A stretch of DNA of 64,000 bases from Candidatus Saccharimonadales bacterium (GCA_025451045.1 JANWLD010000001.1:471468-535467); one strand, 5' to 3'. Positions 26,851-36,535 are shown, counted from the stretch's first letter. Numbers and translations are program-made. Notes: a model not told the origin generated them from the letters alone.

Positions 26851-28320
26851 ATGAATTGGAAACTGATTTGGAAATCACTGGCAGATATCGACATGCGCAA
26901 AAAAGTCTTTGCGGTGCTCGGAATTATTGTCGTTTTTCGAATATTGGCCCACATTCCTATTCCGATAAGTAACCCTCAGGACGTACGCCAATTTCTTGAT
27001 TCGCTGTTCACGTCGGAGAATACGCCGCAGTTTTTAAGTTTCTTGAACGCCTTATCTGGCGGCGCGTTAGCGAAATTTTCCATCATGCTGGTAGGCTTGG
27101 GGCCCTATATTAATGCCAGTATCATTATGCAACTGTTGACCCGCGCCATCCCAAGGCTTGAAACCCTTAACAAAGAAGGCGAATACGGCCGCAAGAAAAT
27201 AAACCAAATGACCCGTATGCTGACCTTGCCGCTGGCAATAATCCAGTCCATCGGCGCAATTTACATCGTCAAACAGCAGGCCAGCCAGGTTTCGGGACTG
27301 GGTGATATCACAGCCAATGCCTCTCCTATGCAATGGGTGCTGATGGTGGCGGCGCTGACAGGCGGTTCTATGATTCTGATGTGGCTGGGCGAGCTGATTA
27401 CAGAGCAAAATATCGGCAATGGAATTTCTCTTTTAATTACGGTAGGCATAGTCAGCACTCTGCCGGGTCTGGCCGCGGGATTAGTTGGCGGTATTTTCAA
27501 TGGGGATAATAAATATGCCTTGCTAGGCCATCAGATACCGATTGATTACCACGCCTTAAAAATATTCGCTATCGTCACGGCCTTTGTAATACTTACCATC
27601 GTGATTGTCGTGAAGCTTAACGAGGCAGCGCGCAAGCTTACGGTGCATTATGCCAAACGGGTTCAGGGTAACCGGACTTATGGCGGCGTGACGACGGTGT
27701 TGCCGGTCAAGCTGATTGGCGCTGGTGTTGTGCCAATTATTTTCGCGGTGGCTTTTTTAAGCGTTCCAAGCTTTGTCGGGCAGATTTTTTCTTCCAGTCA
27801 TTCAGAAAATCTACAGCATATAGGGGCTACTCTCCTCCAGTGGTTCCAAACGCCGTCCGCCCAGACCTTTGCTAGCGGGGATTGGCATTCATATATCTAT
27901 CCTGCAACTTATTTTATCCTGGTTTTCCTCTTTACCTTCTTCTATACCAATATAACTTTCAATGCCAAGGAAATCGCCGAAAATCTGCAAAAACAAGGAG
28001 GTTTCATAGCCGATATACGTTCTGGCCCTCAGACCGAGAAATATCTCTCTCAGGTTGTAAATCGCCTGACGCTGTTTGGCGGTATAGCCATTGGTGTTTT
28101 GGCGGTAGTACCAATTGCCGCTGAGATATTCTTTGGCAACAACCTCGCCATCGGCGGTACCAGCGTATTGATTTTGGTATCAGTATCTCTTGAAACACTG
28201 CGGAAGGTCGAATCACAGGCACTGATGGTCACTTATAGCCAATATGACGGCGGTGACTTCTTCCAGCAAGTAGAGACGGAAGAAAAGAAAAAACGCCGCT
28301 TTTCCCTAAGAAGAAAATAA
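26851..28320 (+). CDS. secY: Preprotein translocase subunit SecY
   Basis: 489-aa polytopic membrane protein with SecY-like sequence (SGGALAKFSIMLVGLGPYINASIIMQLL). Confidence 0.96.
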   Translation: MNWKLIWKSLADIDMRKKVFAVLGIIVVFRILAHIPIPISNPQDVRQFLDSLFTSENTPQFLSFLNALSGGALAKFSIMLVGLGPYINASIIMQLLTRAIPRLETLNKEGEYGRKKINQMTRMLTLPLAIIQSIGAIYIVKQQASQVSGLGDITANASPMQWVLMVAALTGGSMILMWLGELITEQNIGNGISLLITVGIVSTLPGLAAGLVGGIFNGDNKYALLGHQIPIDYHALKIFAIVTAFVILTIVIVVKLNEAARKLTVHYAKRVQGNRTYGGVTTVLPVKLIGAGVVPIIFAVAFLSVPSFVGQIFSSSHSENLQHIGATLLQWFQTPSAQTFASGDWHSYIYPATYFILVFLFTFFYTNITFNAKEIAENLQKQGGFIADIRSGPQTEKYLSQVVNRLTLFGGIAIGVLAVVPIAAEIFFGNNLAIGGTSVLILVSVSLETLRKVESQALMVTYSQYDGGDFFQQVETEEKKKRRFSLRRK

Positions 28321-28333
28321 ACTGTAAAAAATG

Positions 28334-28362
28334 TTGCAATTCTGACCGGTGTTTGATATGAT
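28334..28362 (+). promoter_or_regulatory. Candidate promoter for infA-rpmJ-rpsM...
   Basis: TTGCAA (28334-28339), a 17-nt spacer, then TATGAT (28357-28362), with TG at 28354-28355 (extended -10 type). Confidence 0.4.
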
Positions 28363-28382
28363 GTGTGTCTAGTTATAGATTT

Positions 28383-28604
28383 ATGGCCAAAAACAAGGAA
28401 GTTATTGAACTCACCGGAAAGATAGTAGAAACCTTGCCCGGAACACAGTTCAAGGTTGAGCTTGAAAATGGCCATCAAATTATAGCTCACGTCGCCGGCA
28501 AGATGAGGAAGAATTACATCCGAATCGTCCCCGGAGACAGCGTTACGGTCGAGTTGACCCCTTACGATCTTACTAAGGGCAGAATCACCTACCGCAAAAC
28601 TTAA
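28383..28604 (+). CDS. infA: Translation initiation factor IF-1
   Basis: [31 protein letters not shown]... is canonical IF-1. The ATG at 28383 is preferred over the track start at 28365. Confidence 0.93.
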   Translation: MAKNKEVIELTGKIVETLPGTQFKVELENGHQIIAHVAGKMRKNYIRIVPGDSVTVELTPYDLTKGRITYRKT

Positions 28605-28670
28605 ATAATTTAAGCAGTGTGTTCGCTTTCGCTATACAGCGAACAGCGAATCCGTACGAAGGAACTTATA

Positions 28671-28787
28671 TTGAAGGTACGTGCTAGCGTTAAGAAAATC
28701 AGCCCCGACGACAAAATTGTCCGTCGCAAGGGGCGTTTATACGTTATTAATAAATTTAAGCCAAAGCATAAACAGAGGCAAGGCTAA
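28671..28787 (+). CDS. rpmJ: 50S ribosomal protein L36 (Cys-less variant); absent from the ORF track because it is under 60 aa
   Basis: TTG start with GAAGGA upstream. The translation is [38 protein letters not shown]. The TAA overlaps the rpsM ATG (TAATG). Confidence 0.9.
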   Translation: MKVRASVKKISPDDKIVRRKGRLYVINKFKPKHKQRQG

Positions 28788-29173
28788 TGGCTAGAATCGC
28801 CGGAGTCACCATCCCTAACGAAAAACAAGTTCAGATTGGCTTGCAGTATATTTACGGTATAGGCAAGAAGCATGCCGCGGATATCCTAGCTAAAGCCAAG
28901 ATTGATCCGACTGTACGAGTAAAGAATCTAACCGACAGCGAAGTCGGCAAAATTTCAGAGGTTATTGGCAATGATTACGTGGTTGAAGGCGAGCTTCAGC
29001 GCATAGTCACCGGCAATATCAAGCGCCTGAAAGACATCAACGCCTATCGTGGCCTGCGTCACAAAGCCAACCTGCCTAGCCGAGGGCAAAGGACTAAGAC
29101 TAACGCTAGGACCAGACGAGGCAAAAAAGTGACCGTCGGCGGCACGGCGAAGAAAGTAGCGGCAAAGACTTAA
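28787..29173 (+). CDS. rpsM: 30S ribosomal protein S13
   Basis: 128-aa S13 translation ([15 protein letters not shown]). Confidence 0.97.
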   Translation: MARIAGVTIPNEKQVQIGLQYIYGIGKKHAADILAKAKIDPTVRVKNLTDSEVGKISEVIGNDYVVEGELQRIVTGNIKRLKDINAYRGLRHKANLPSRGQRTKTNARTRRGKKVTVGGTAKKVAAKT

Positions 29174-29177
29174 GATT

Positions 29178-29630
29178 ATGGCAGAAACTGATACCAAAAC
29201 TAAGGAAGAAGTAACTACCGAAACTACGGACGTTGAAGCTAAACCGGCGGCCAAGCCGAAGAAGAAAAAGGTTAAACGCAATGTACCGCTGGGCCAAGTT
29301 CATGTACTGGCGACCTTCAATAACACCATCGTTACAGTTACTGACTCAAACGGCGGCGTGTTGACAAATTCTAGTGCCGGCGCTTGTGGCTTTCGCGGCA
29401 GCAAAAAAGGCACGGCTTATGCCGCGCAGGTTGCTGCTGAAAAAGCAGTTGAAGAAGCAAAACAACGTTTTGGACTTAGCAAAGTACATGTCTTTATCAA
29501 AGGTATCGGTCTGGGGCGCGAGGCAGCTGTCAGAGTTTTAGGTTCAGCTAACATCGCCGTCGAGTCCATACAGGACGTTACCGGCGTGCCGCATGGCGGC
29601 GTACGGCCGAGAAAGGCAAGAAGAGTCTAG
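29178..29630 (+). CDS. rpsK: 30S ribosomal protein S11 with ~30-aa charged N-terminal extension
   Basis: S11 core (GQVHVLATFNNTIVTVTD...GFRGSKKGT). Confidence 0.95.
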   Translation: MAETDTKTKEEVTTETTDVEAKPAAKPKKKKVKRNVPLGQVHVLATFNNTIVTVTDSNGGVLTNSSAGACGFRGSKKGTAYAAQVAAEKAVEEAKQRFGLSKVHVFIKGIGLGREAAVRVLGSANIAVESIQDVTGVPHGGVRPRKARRV

Positions 29631-29753
29631 ATGATGTTCCGCTTCACTACACATCAGGTTACAGGTTATAGGTTACAGGTTATAGCTAAGACAAACCCTC
29701 TAACCCCTAGCCCCTATAACCTAACCCCTAAAGCGACCGGAGGGAGCTTCTGA
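29631..29753 (+). repeat. Family A structured repeat, copy A4, containing an open 40-codon mini-cistron
   Basis: ATGATG directly follows the rpsK TAG, and the TGA overlaps the rpsD ATG (TGATG). Peptide: MMFRFTTHQVTGYRLQVIAKTNPLTPSPYNLTPKATGGSF. Confidence 0.88.
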
Positions 29754-30367
29754 TGGCTAGAGATACTCATTCGATAGTCAAGATGAGCCGCCGCGAAGGC
29801 TATGCATTGCATCCGAAGGCTCACAAGGCTTTGGTAAAGCGTTCTACTCCCCCGGGCCAACAAACCAGGGGTTACCGGAGCAAACCCAGCCAGTATTCTC
29901 TGCAGCTTCGTGAAAAACAGAAAGTGAAACGGCTCTACGGGTTGCTGGAAAAGCAGTTCAGAAACCTGATGAAAGAAGCATCCCGCAGCCAGGGCCAATC
30001 CGGCGAGGTACTGCTTAGACTGCTTGAACAACGGGCTGATAATGCTGTTTATAGGGCCGGATTTGCACCGAGCCGCCGAGCAGCCCGGCAGCTGGTCACC
30101 CACGGACATTTCATGCTTAACGGCACCCGCGTGGATGTACCTTCCATAAGGTTGAAAAGCGGCGATGTGCTGGTGCTGCGCGATAAATCGAAAAAATCTG
30201 AGTATTTCAAACAGTTTGATGATGTTAGCCCAGCGCCCGCCGAGTTTCCCGGCTGGCTCAAGGCCGATAGGAAGAAGTTTGAGATTAAAATAACCGGCGT
30301 ACCGGCTCGCGAGGAAGCCGAACCGGATATAGACGAGAAATTAATAGTCGAGTTTTACTCACGCTAA
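29753..30367 (+). CDS. rpsD: 30S ribosomal protein S4
   Basis: 204-aa S4 translation with an S4 domain (RADNAVYRAGFAPSRRAARQLVTHGH). Confidence 0.96.
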   Translation: MARDTHSIVKMSRREGYALHPKAHKALVKRSTPPGQQTRGYRSKPSQYSLQLREKQKVKRLYGLLEKQFRNLMKEASRSQGQSGEVLLRLLEQRADNAVYRAGFAPSRRAARQLVTHGHFMLNGTRVDVPSIRLKSGDVLVLRDKSKKSEYFKQFDDVSPAPAEFPGWLKADRKKFEIKITGVPAREEAEPDIDEKLIVEFYSR

Positions 30368-30386
30368 GAAGGAGATAACAGAACAA

Positions 30387-31334
30387 ATGTCAAAATCAAT
30401 ACACGTACCAGGAGTAGTCAAGACCGAGGAACATGGCAATAATCAGGCTACTTTCGTCATAGAACCACTACACAGTGGGTATGGCATGACCTTGGGTAAT
30501 AGCTTGAGACGCGTCTTGTTGTCTTCTATCGCCGGAGCGGCCGTTACGGCCTTTAAGGCCGAAGGTGCCAGCCATGAATTCACAACTTTGCCGGGAGTCA
30601 AAGAAGACATTGTAGAGATAATCTTAAACCTTAAAGGCGTGCGTTTCCGCGTTTTCTCCGATGAACCGCAGACTATCCGTTTGAGTAAGAAAGGCACTGG
30701 CACAGTCACTGCCAAAGATATCGACATCAATGCTGATGTAGAAGTTGTCAACAAAGACCAAGTTATTGCGCATGTTGATAGTGCTTCGTCCAGCATCAAC
30801 ATGGATATCATAGTCGAAAAAGGCCGTGGTTACCGTGCGATTGACGAATCCAGTAGCAAGAAAGTCATTTCGGACATGATCGCTATAGATTCAATTTTCA
30901 GTCCGGTCTTGAGGGTGCGTTACAAGGTGGAAAACACCCGTGTCGGCCAGATGACTGACCTCGACAAGCTTATTATAACTATCGAGACCGACGGCACGAT
31001 TACGCCGCGCGATGCTTTTGAAGAGGCTTCTGCTATTTTGGTAAACCAATATACTGCGCTAGCCGGACAGACTACCGTTGAACAGGGTACTCCACTAAGT
31101 GCAGGCACAGAAACTGCTGTCGAACCCGGCTCGTCCGATGATGCGCCTGCTCTGATGACTTCTATTGAAGATTTGAACCTGTCGGCTCGAACCACTAACG
31201 CTCTGGTTAATAATGACATCCACACGCTTAAGGATTTGTTTGCGCTTAGCGACATTGAGCTGAAAGAGCTAAAGGGCTTTGGCAGCAAAGCACTTGATGA
31301 AGTCAAAGAGAAAATGGCGGAGATGGAATTTTAA
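30387..31334 (+). CDS. rpoA: DNA-directed RNA polymerase subunit alpha
   Basis: 315-aa RpoA-like translation (GMTLGNSLRRVLLSS; a C-terminal domain with LSARTTNAL). Confidence 0.96.
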   Translation: MSKSIHVPGVVKTEEHGNNQATFVIEPLHSGYGMTLGNSLRRVLLSSIAGAAVTAFKAEGASHEFTTLPGVKEDIVEIILNLKGVRFRVFSDEPQTIRLSKKGTGTVTAKDIDINADVEVVNKDQVIAHVDSASSSINMDIIVEKGRGYRAIDESSSKKVISDMIAIDSIFSPVLRVRYKVENTRVGQMTDLDKLIITIETDGTITPRDAFEEASAILVNQYTALAGQTTVEQGTPLSAGTETAVEPGSSDDAPALMTSIEDLNLSARTTNALVNNDIHTLKDLFALSDIELKELKGFGSKALDEVKEKMAEMEF

Positions 31335-31337
31335 CAA

Positions 31338-31793
31338 ATGCATAGACACGGATACAAAGGTCGGAAATTCGGTCGGGAACGCGACCAGAGACAGGCGCTA
31401 ATGAAGAGCCTGGCCGATTCTTTGATTATCCATGAATCCATAGAAACGACTGTTGCCAAAGCTAAAGAGCTGGTTCCGTATACGGAAAAATTGATAACCA
31501 AGGCCAAAAAGGGCGACTTACACAGCCGTCGGCTGATAATCACTAAACTTCAGACTATTGGATCCGCCCATAAGCTGGTTGATGACATCGCCCCAAAGTT
31601 ATCAGGCCGCACCAGCGGACATTTGAAAATATCAAAGACAGTATCCCGGCGCGGTGATAATGCCCAGTTGGCAAAAGTGAGTTTTGTGGATGACTTGAAA
31701 GCCGTAAAGACATTACCAAAGCCATCCGTAACTCCTAAGAAAAAAACACCTGCCAAAACAGCGTCAAAGAAAACGGGAGCTAGCAAGAAATAA
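31338..31793 (+). CDS. rplQ: 50S ribosomal protein L17 with K/P-rich C-terminal tail
   Basis: L17 translation (MHRHGYKGRKFGRERDQRQALMKSLA). Confidence 0.95.
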   Translation: MHRHGYKGRKFGRERDQRQALMKSLADSLIIHESIETTVAKAKELVPYTEKLITKAKKGDLHSRRLIITKLQTIGSAHKLVDDIAPKLSGRTSGHLKISKTVSRRGDNAQLAKVSFVDDLKAVKTLPKPSVTPKKKTPAKTASKKTGASKK

Positions 31794-31795
31794 TT

Positions 31796-32236
31796 ATGAA
31801 AACTTATTCCGCTAAACCAACTGAAGTTACACGAAAATGGTATGTTTTGGATGCCAGCAAGCTTAACCTTGGCAGATTATCCACTCAGGCTGCCCAGTTG
31901 CTGATTGGCAAGGGCAAACCGATGTTTACCCATCATATCGACTGCGGCGATTATGTTATCGTTATCAATTCCGATAAGCTCAAAGTAACCGGCGATAAAC
32001 TGGATAAGAAAAAGTATTATCGCCATTCCGGCTATCCGGGCGGACTGCGCGAAGATACTTTGAAAGAAAAGATTGAAAAAGATTCAACCTGGGTTATAGA
32101 AAATTCCATCCGCGGTATGCTTCCGGTTAATAAATTGCGGGCTGGCAGGCTTGCCCGGCTTAAGGTTTACAAAGACGAAAACCACAACCATGCCGCACAG
32201 CAACCGGAAGTTTTTAATACAGAGAAGGCTAAATGA
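31796..32236 (+). CDS. rplM: 50S ribosomal protein L13
   Basis: 146-aa L13 translation (RKWYVLDASKLNLGRLST). Confidence 0.96.
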   Translation: MKTYSAKPTEVTRKWYVLDASKLNLGRLSTQAAQLLIGKGKPMFTHHIDCGDYVIVINSDKLKVTGDKLDKKKYYRHSGYPGGLREDTLKEKIEKDSTWVIENSIRGMLPVNKLRAGRLARLKVYKDENHNHAAQQPEVFNTEKAK

Positions 32237-32625
32237 AAGATTATTTTTACGGATTAGGAAGGCGCAAGAGTTCAACTGCCAGAGTCCGCGTCAAAAAGGG
32301 TAAAGGTGTAATCACGGTCAATGATAAGCCGGCGGAAGAGTATTTCGCGACCAGCCAGCTATTACTTCATGAGCTGGACAAGCCGTTTATTGCTCTTCAG
32401 CAGGAAAACAAGTATGACATTTCCGCCAAAGTCAGCGGCGGCGGCCATTCGGGGCAAATCGGGGCTATTCGCCTAGGTATTGCCAAAGCTCTTGTAGAAA
32501 TGAACACCGAGTTCAAAAATACACTTAGAAGGGCTGAATTACTTGGACGCGACCCGCGTGAGAAAGAACGCAAGAAATTTGGCCTCAAGGGTGCCCGCAA
32601 AAAACGACAGTTCACCAAGCGTTAG
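32233..32625 (+). CDS. rpsI: 30S ribosomal protein S9
   Basis: 130-aa S9 translation ending ...ARKKRQFTKR. Confidence 0.96.
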   Translation: MKDYFYGLGRRKSSTARVRVKKGKGVITVNDKPAEEYFATSQLLLHELDKPFIALQQENKYDISAKVSGGGHSGQIGAIRLGIAKALVEMNTEFKNTLRRAELLGRDPREKERKKFGLKGARKKRQFTKR

Positions 32626-32838
32626 CTTCTCGCATCCATGTCGCACTAATCTGTTGTTTGGCAAAGCCAAACATGCCATTAGTGCTTTCAAGCACATTAC
32701 TTTGTCAGCTTTTCCAGTGCTCGTGCATCGTACCATTTGTACGATTTACTCCGCGCTTCAAAGCTTTCGTGTACTGCACTTAAACATGAATCCGTGAAAC
32801 CAGGTTTTAGATAAATTTGAGGTATAATTAAGAAAAAT

Positions 32839-33864
32839 ATGAGTAAAAAACCAGTAATTCTAACCGGACTTAGGGCTAATAATGAACTTCATATTGGCAA
32901 TTACTTCGGCGCTCTTTTGCCGATGGTTGATATGGCAAAAAGCAAGTCGAGTGAGTACCAAATAAACTTATTTGTCCCTGACCTACACAGTATCACTACG
33001 GAAATAGATTATTCCAAACTACAAAAACAGATTTTAACTAACCTTAAAGTTTTTGTAGCCACAGGCCTGCCATTAGATGATTCTGATGTACACATTTACC
33101 GTCAAAGCCGTATTTCTGCGCATTCTGAATTAACTTGGATTTTGGATTGTTTCACCGGCTTTGGTGAGATGAGCCGCATGACCCAATTCAAAGACAAGAA
33201 AGATGAATCAAATGAAGTATCCGTAGGTTTGTTTAACTACCCTGTGATGATGGCGGCGGATATTTTGCTTTATGGAGCTGAGTACGTTCCCGTCGGCGAT
33301 GACCAAACCCAGCATTTGGAGTTTACCCGCGACATAGCCCAAAGAATAAACAACAAATTTGGCGATATTTTTGCCGTCCCGAAGCCTGTAGCCGAACAGC
33401 ATAAATTCTTTGCCAAAGATCAAGGCCTTAGAATAAAAGACTTGGCTAATCCGGACAAGAAAATGAGCAAAAGCGCCGATTCAGACAAAGGCGTGATATT
33501 TTTGCAGGATAGTCCGGACGCCGCAAAAGGTAAAGTAATGTCAGCTACAACCGACAGCCTTAATAAAGTCCAATATGATACCGAAAACCAACCCGGTGTA
33601 TCTAATTTGCTTGAAATTTATGGACTTATCAAGGGCAAAACCGCCAAAGAGGCTGAAGCAGATTTTGCCGGCCAGACTCAGTACGGCGAGTTCAAGCAAG
33701 CTGTTGCTGATGAAGTTGCTTCATTCTTGGAGAATTTCCAATCGAAACTGGCTGAAGTTAACGAACAGGCTATTATGGACAAGCTCGAAGCATCTGAAAC
33801 GGAGATGAATACTCAGGCTAGCCAGACTCTCCTAAAAGTGCAAAAAGCTATCGGTTTAAGGTAA
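32839..33864 (+). CDS. trpS: Tryptophan--tRNA ligase
   Basis: Class I motifs HIGNYFGA and KMSKS. The 341-aa length is TrpRS-like. Confidence 0.92.
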   Translation: MSKKPVILTGLRANNELHIGNYFGALLPMVDMAKSKSSEYQINLFVPDLHSITTEIDYSKLQKQILTNLKVFVATGLPLDDSDVHIYRQSRISAHSELTWILDCFTGFGEMSRMTQFKDKKDESNEVSVGLFNYPVMMAADILLYGAEYVPVGDDQTQHLEFTRDIAQRINNKFGDIFAVPKPVAEQHKFFAKDQGLRIKDLANPDKKMSKSADSDKGVIFLQDSPDAAKGKVMSATTDSLNKVQYDTENQPGVSNLLEIYGLIKGKTAKEAEADFAGQTQYGEFKQAVADEVASFLENFQSKLAEVNEQAIMDKLEASETEMNTQASQTLLKVQKAIGLR

Positions 33865-33868
33865 GGAT

Positions 33869-34726
33869 TTGGACAGACAAAGGCTAGATTATCTGGTTGC
33901 GCGGAAATTGGGCGTTAGTCGCTCGTTGGCTGTGAATCTGATTGAGGCGGGCAAAGTAAGAATTGACGGCCAAATAAAAAACAAGACGAGCGTCAAAATA
34001 AGCCAAGACGCGAATCTTGAAATTGAAGAAACCGTCCAGCCTAAGTCCGCCGGTTTAAAACTCGAAACAATTTTTGAAGATGATAATTGCGTAGTGATAA
34101 ATAAACCGGCCGGCATTCTGGCTCATTCCAAAGGGGCTTTTTCTACTGAAGCCACGGTTGCTTCCTGGCTTTTGCCAAAGACCCAAGGTTTTGAAAAGAA
34201 TAATAACCGAGCTGGTATAGTCCATAGGTTAGACCGTGGTACCAGCGGGGTTATGTTGTGTGCTAAGAACCCGGAAGCTTTGGCATATTTACAAAAGCAA
34301 TTTTCGACCCGCAAGGTCAATAAAACCTATATAGCCTTGATTAAAGGAATAATTGAACCGGCGGAAGCGGTTATCGACATACCAATAGAGCGAAACCCCA
34401 AAGACCCGAAACGGTTTAAAGCCGGCAGTAACGGCAAGCCAGCGTTAACTCGGTACAAAGTTATCAAGAGGTTTTCAAAGAATAGTACTGAATTTAGTCT
34501 ACTTGAACTGGCTCCGAAAACCGGCCGGACACATCAGCTGAGAGTACACATGGCCTATATGAAACATCCTATCCTCGGCGATGATTTTTACGGCGGCCTA
34601 AATGCCGACAGATTGTACTTGCATGCGTCTGAGCTTGAGATAACTTTGCCGGGTGGTAATCGGCAAAGTTTTACTTCACCCTTGCCGCCCGCGTTTTCTG
34701 CGCCTAAAATATCAAGCAATGGATAA
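33869..34726 (+). CDS. RluA-family pseudouridine synthase with N-terminal S4 domain (RluD-like)
   Basis: TTG start. The translation has the HRLDRGTSGVM catalytic motif and RTHQLRVH. Confidence 0.88.
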   Translation: MDRQRLDYLVARKLGVSRSLAVNLIEAGKVRIDGQIKNKTSVKISQDANLEIEETVQPKSAGLKLETIFEDDNCVVINKPAGILAHSKGAFSTEATVASWLLPKTQGFEKNNNRAGIVHRLDRGTSGVMLCAKNPEALAYLQKQFSTRKVNKTYIALIKGIIEPAEAVIDIPIERNPKDPKRFKAGSNGKPALTRYKVIKRFSKNSTEFSLLELAPKTGRTHQLRVHMAYMKHPILGDDFYGGLNADRLYLHASELEITLPGGNRQSFTSPLPPAFSAPKISSNG

Positions 34727-35573
34727 ACTTTTGTCACATCCGTCTACGAAGGACGGAATTAAGCGGATTATTAACAGTCCTCCTCACGGGATAGGGATTG
34801 AGGGCGCTTCCGGCAGCGGTAAGAAATATCTTGCTAAATATATCGCCGCTGAGTTGCTTGGGATAGCTGATATTGACTCTCACCCCTACAGCAGGATAAT
34901 CAATTCGGCTGACAAGATAGGTATTGAAGAAATCCGCGAAGCTATAACTTTTTTATCGCTCAAAATTCCCGGAGAAAGCAGGTACAAAAGATGCCTGATG
35001 TTCTGGTCATTCGAAAAATTAAGCCGGCCTGCCCAGAACGCACTACTCAAATCCTTAGAAGAGCCGCCAGCGGATACTCTGATAATAATTACTACCGATT
35101 CCAAAAGTAATCTTCTGCCAACCACAGCTTCACGGCTTTCTTGGCTTAGCGTATTGCCGGTTTCGGAAGATGAAGCTATCAGCTATTTTGCTACGGATTT
35201 TGACAAAAGCCTTATTAAAAAAGCCTGTGCGCTCAGCGGCGGCAAGCCGGGAATGTTAAGCCAGCTTTTAAATGATTATGACAAGCATCCGTTCGCGCAA
35301 TCGATAGAATCGGTGAAAGAAATGCTGAAGCTGGATCGGTTTGAACGCATAGCGGAAGTTAATAAACTTACCAAGGATAAGGAATTCGATGTTAATCTTT
35401 ATCTGTTGTCATTATCAAAAGTCTTGGAAGCTATGATGAAAAAGCGTCTGGATAACGGCCGTATAGACCGCAAAATGCTTGGTGATTTGAAAAAGGTGCT
35501 GACCGCGGAGAAATTCCAAAAATACAATACCAACCAGAAACTGCTTTTGACTGATATATTCTATAACTTATAA
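34719..35573 (+). CDS. holB: DNA polymerase III delta'-like clamp-loader subunit
   Basis: The ATG at 34719 overlaps the upstream gene by 8 nt; the track start at 34653 is unlikely. The sequence has a GASGSGKK P-loop-like motif, SRPAQNALLKSLEEPP and TASRL. Confidence 0.7.
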   Translation: MDKLLSHPSTKDGIKRIINSPPHGIGIEGASGSGKKYLAKYIAAELLGIADIDSHPYSRIINSADKIGIEEIREAITFLSLKIPGESRYKRCLMFWSFEKLSRPAQNALLKSLEEPPADTLIIITTDSKSNLLPTTASRLSWLSVLPVSEDEAISYFATDFDKSLIKKACALSGGKPGMLSQLLNDYDKHPFAQSIESVKEMLKLDRFERIAEVNKLTKDKEFDVNLYLLSLSKVLEAMMKKRLDNGRIDRKMLGDLKKVLTAEKFQKYNTNQKLLLTDIFYNL

Positions 35574-35600
35574 AGCTCTCGGATGCTATAATTAACAGGT

Positions 35601-36260
35601 ATGTATGAATTAATCTTGCTCGTGGCCTTCGCGGCTGTAGCTTACCGGGCTTACACCATTGACGAAACCGAAACCGAAGACTTGCCCCACAAGATAAGTA
35701 CCAGGGTCGGACGGCTTTGGGATGTTGTTCATCAAGGTATGCGCGAAAACCGCTTGGTTCGGGCCGAAAAAGCCCTGTTGGCGATTCTTAAGATAGACGA
35801 AAAAAACGCGGCGGCTTATAACCGTCTTGGTATTCTCTATGCCAAACAAAAAGAGTATAAAGACGCCATTGATTGTTTTGAGATTGCCTGCAGTATTGAG
35901 CCTTCGCCCTCAAGCTTGCACAACCTAGGGTTGATTTATTATGAAACTGAAAATTACGAACGCTCGGTAACAGCATTTGAAGAAGCTTTGAAGCTAGATG
36001 ACACTATGGCCGCCAGGCACATAGCACTGGCCAAGGCTTTGGAGTACATGGGACATGACAAGCTTATGGTCACGCACCTGGAAAAAGCTGTTGAAATGGA
36101 GCCGACCAAAGAATCATATAAGTTGCTAATAAACGGCTATCGCAAGATAAGCGAACCGGAAAAAGCTGACATGCTTGAAGACAAGCTTTCAAAACTAATC
36201 ACTTCTTCTTCAACCAAGAAGCGTTTCCGGGTACAGCGGGCTAAAAGAGTAGTTATCTAG
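35601..36260 (+). CDS. TPR-repeat protein with N-terminal membrane anchor
   Basis: 219 aa with a hydrophobic N-terminus and TPR-like repeats (AAAYNRLGILYAKQKEYKDAIDCFEIA...). Confidence 0.8.
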   Translation: MYELILLVAFAAVAYRAYTIDETETEDLPHKISTRVGRLWDVVHQGMRENRLVRAEKALLAILKIDEKNAAAYNRLGILYAKQKEYKDAIDCFEIACSIEPSPSSLHNLGLIYYETENYERSVTAFEEALKLDDTMAARHIALAKALEYMGHDKLMVTHLEKAVEMEPTKESYKLLINGYRKISEPEKADMLEDKLSKLITSSSTKKRFRVQRAKRVVI

Positions 36261-36271
36261 TAAAACTCATT

Positions 36272-36535
36272 TTAGCCCATCCACTTCCAAAGAGGCAGCA
36301 TGTATCTAGACCAACTCCTGGCAGTCTTTCTGCGGATTAAACCGAAGCTTATAGCGACACCGGGAACAAATAAATAAAGGCCGATTAAAAAAGTTATATA
36401 AAACGCATAAGCCGGCAAAGCGAATAACACTACGCCGCTAATTATCAGTATCAAACTGCCAGCTATACAGTGAAACAGGGCGGCCAACTTTATCAAAGTA
36501 TAGTCCACATATCTTGGACGTGTTTTATCGCGCAT
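36272..36535 (-). CDS. Small membrane protein (87 aa, ~3 TM segments)
   Basis: The ORF has hydrophobic segments but no family was recognised. It is the only sizeable ORF in this interval. Confidence 0.55.
   Translation of the reverse strand: MRDKTRPRYVDYTLIKLAALFHCIAGSLILIISGVVLFALPAYAFYITFLIGLYLFVPGVAISFGLIRRKTARSWSRYMLPLWKWMG

Noticed and set aside
32626-32838. T-box leader hypothesis for trpS
   Set aside because: I could not find the conserved T-box sequence, an AGAGA-type box, or a specifier-loop arrangement with UGG. Only generic hairpins are present.
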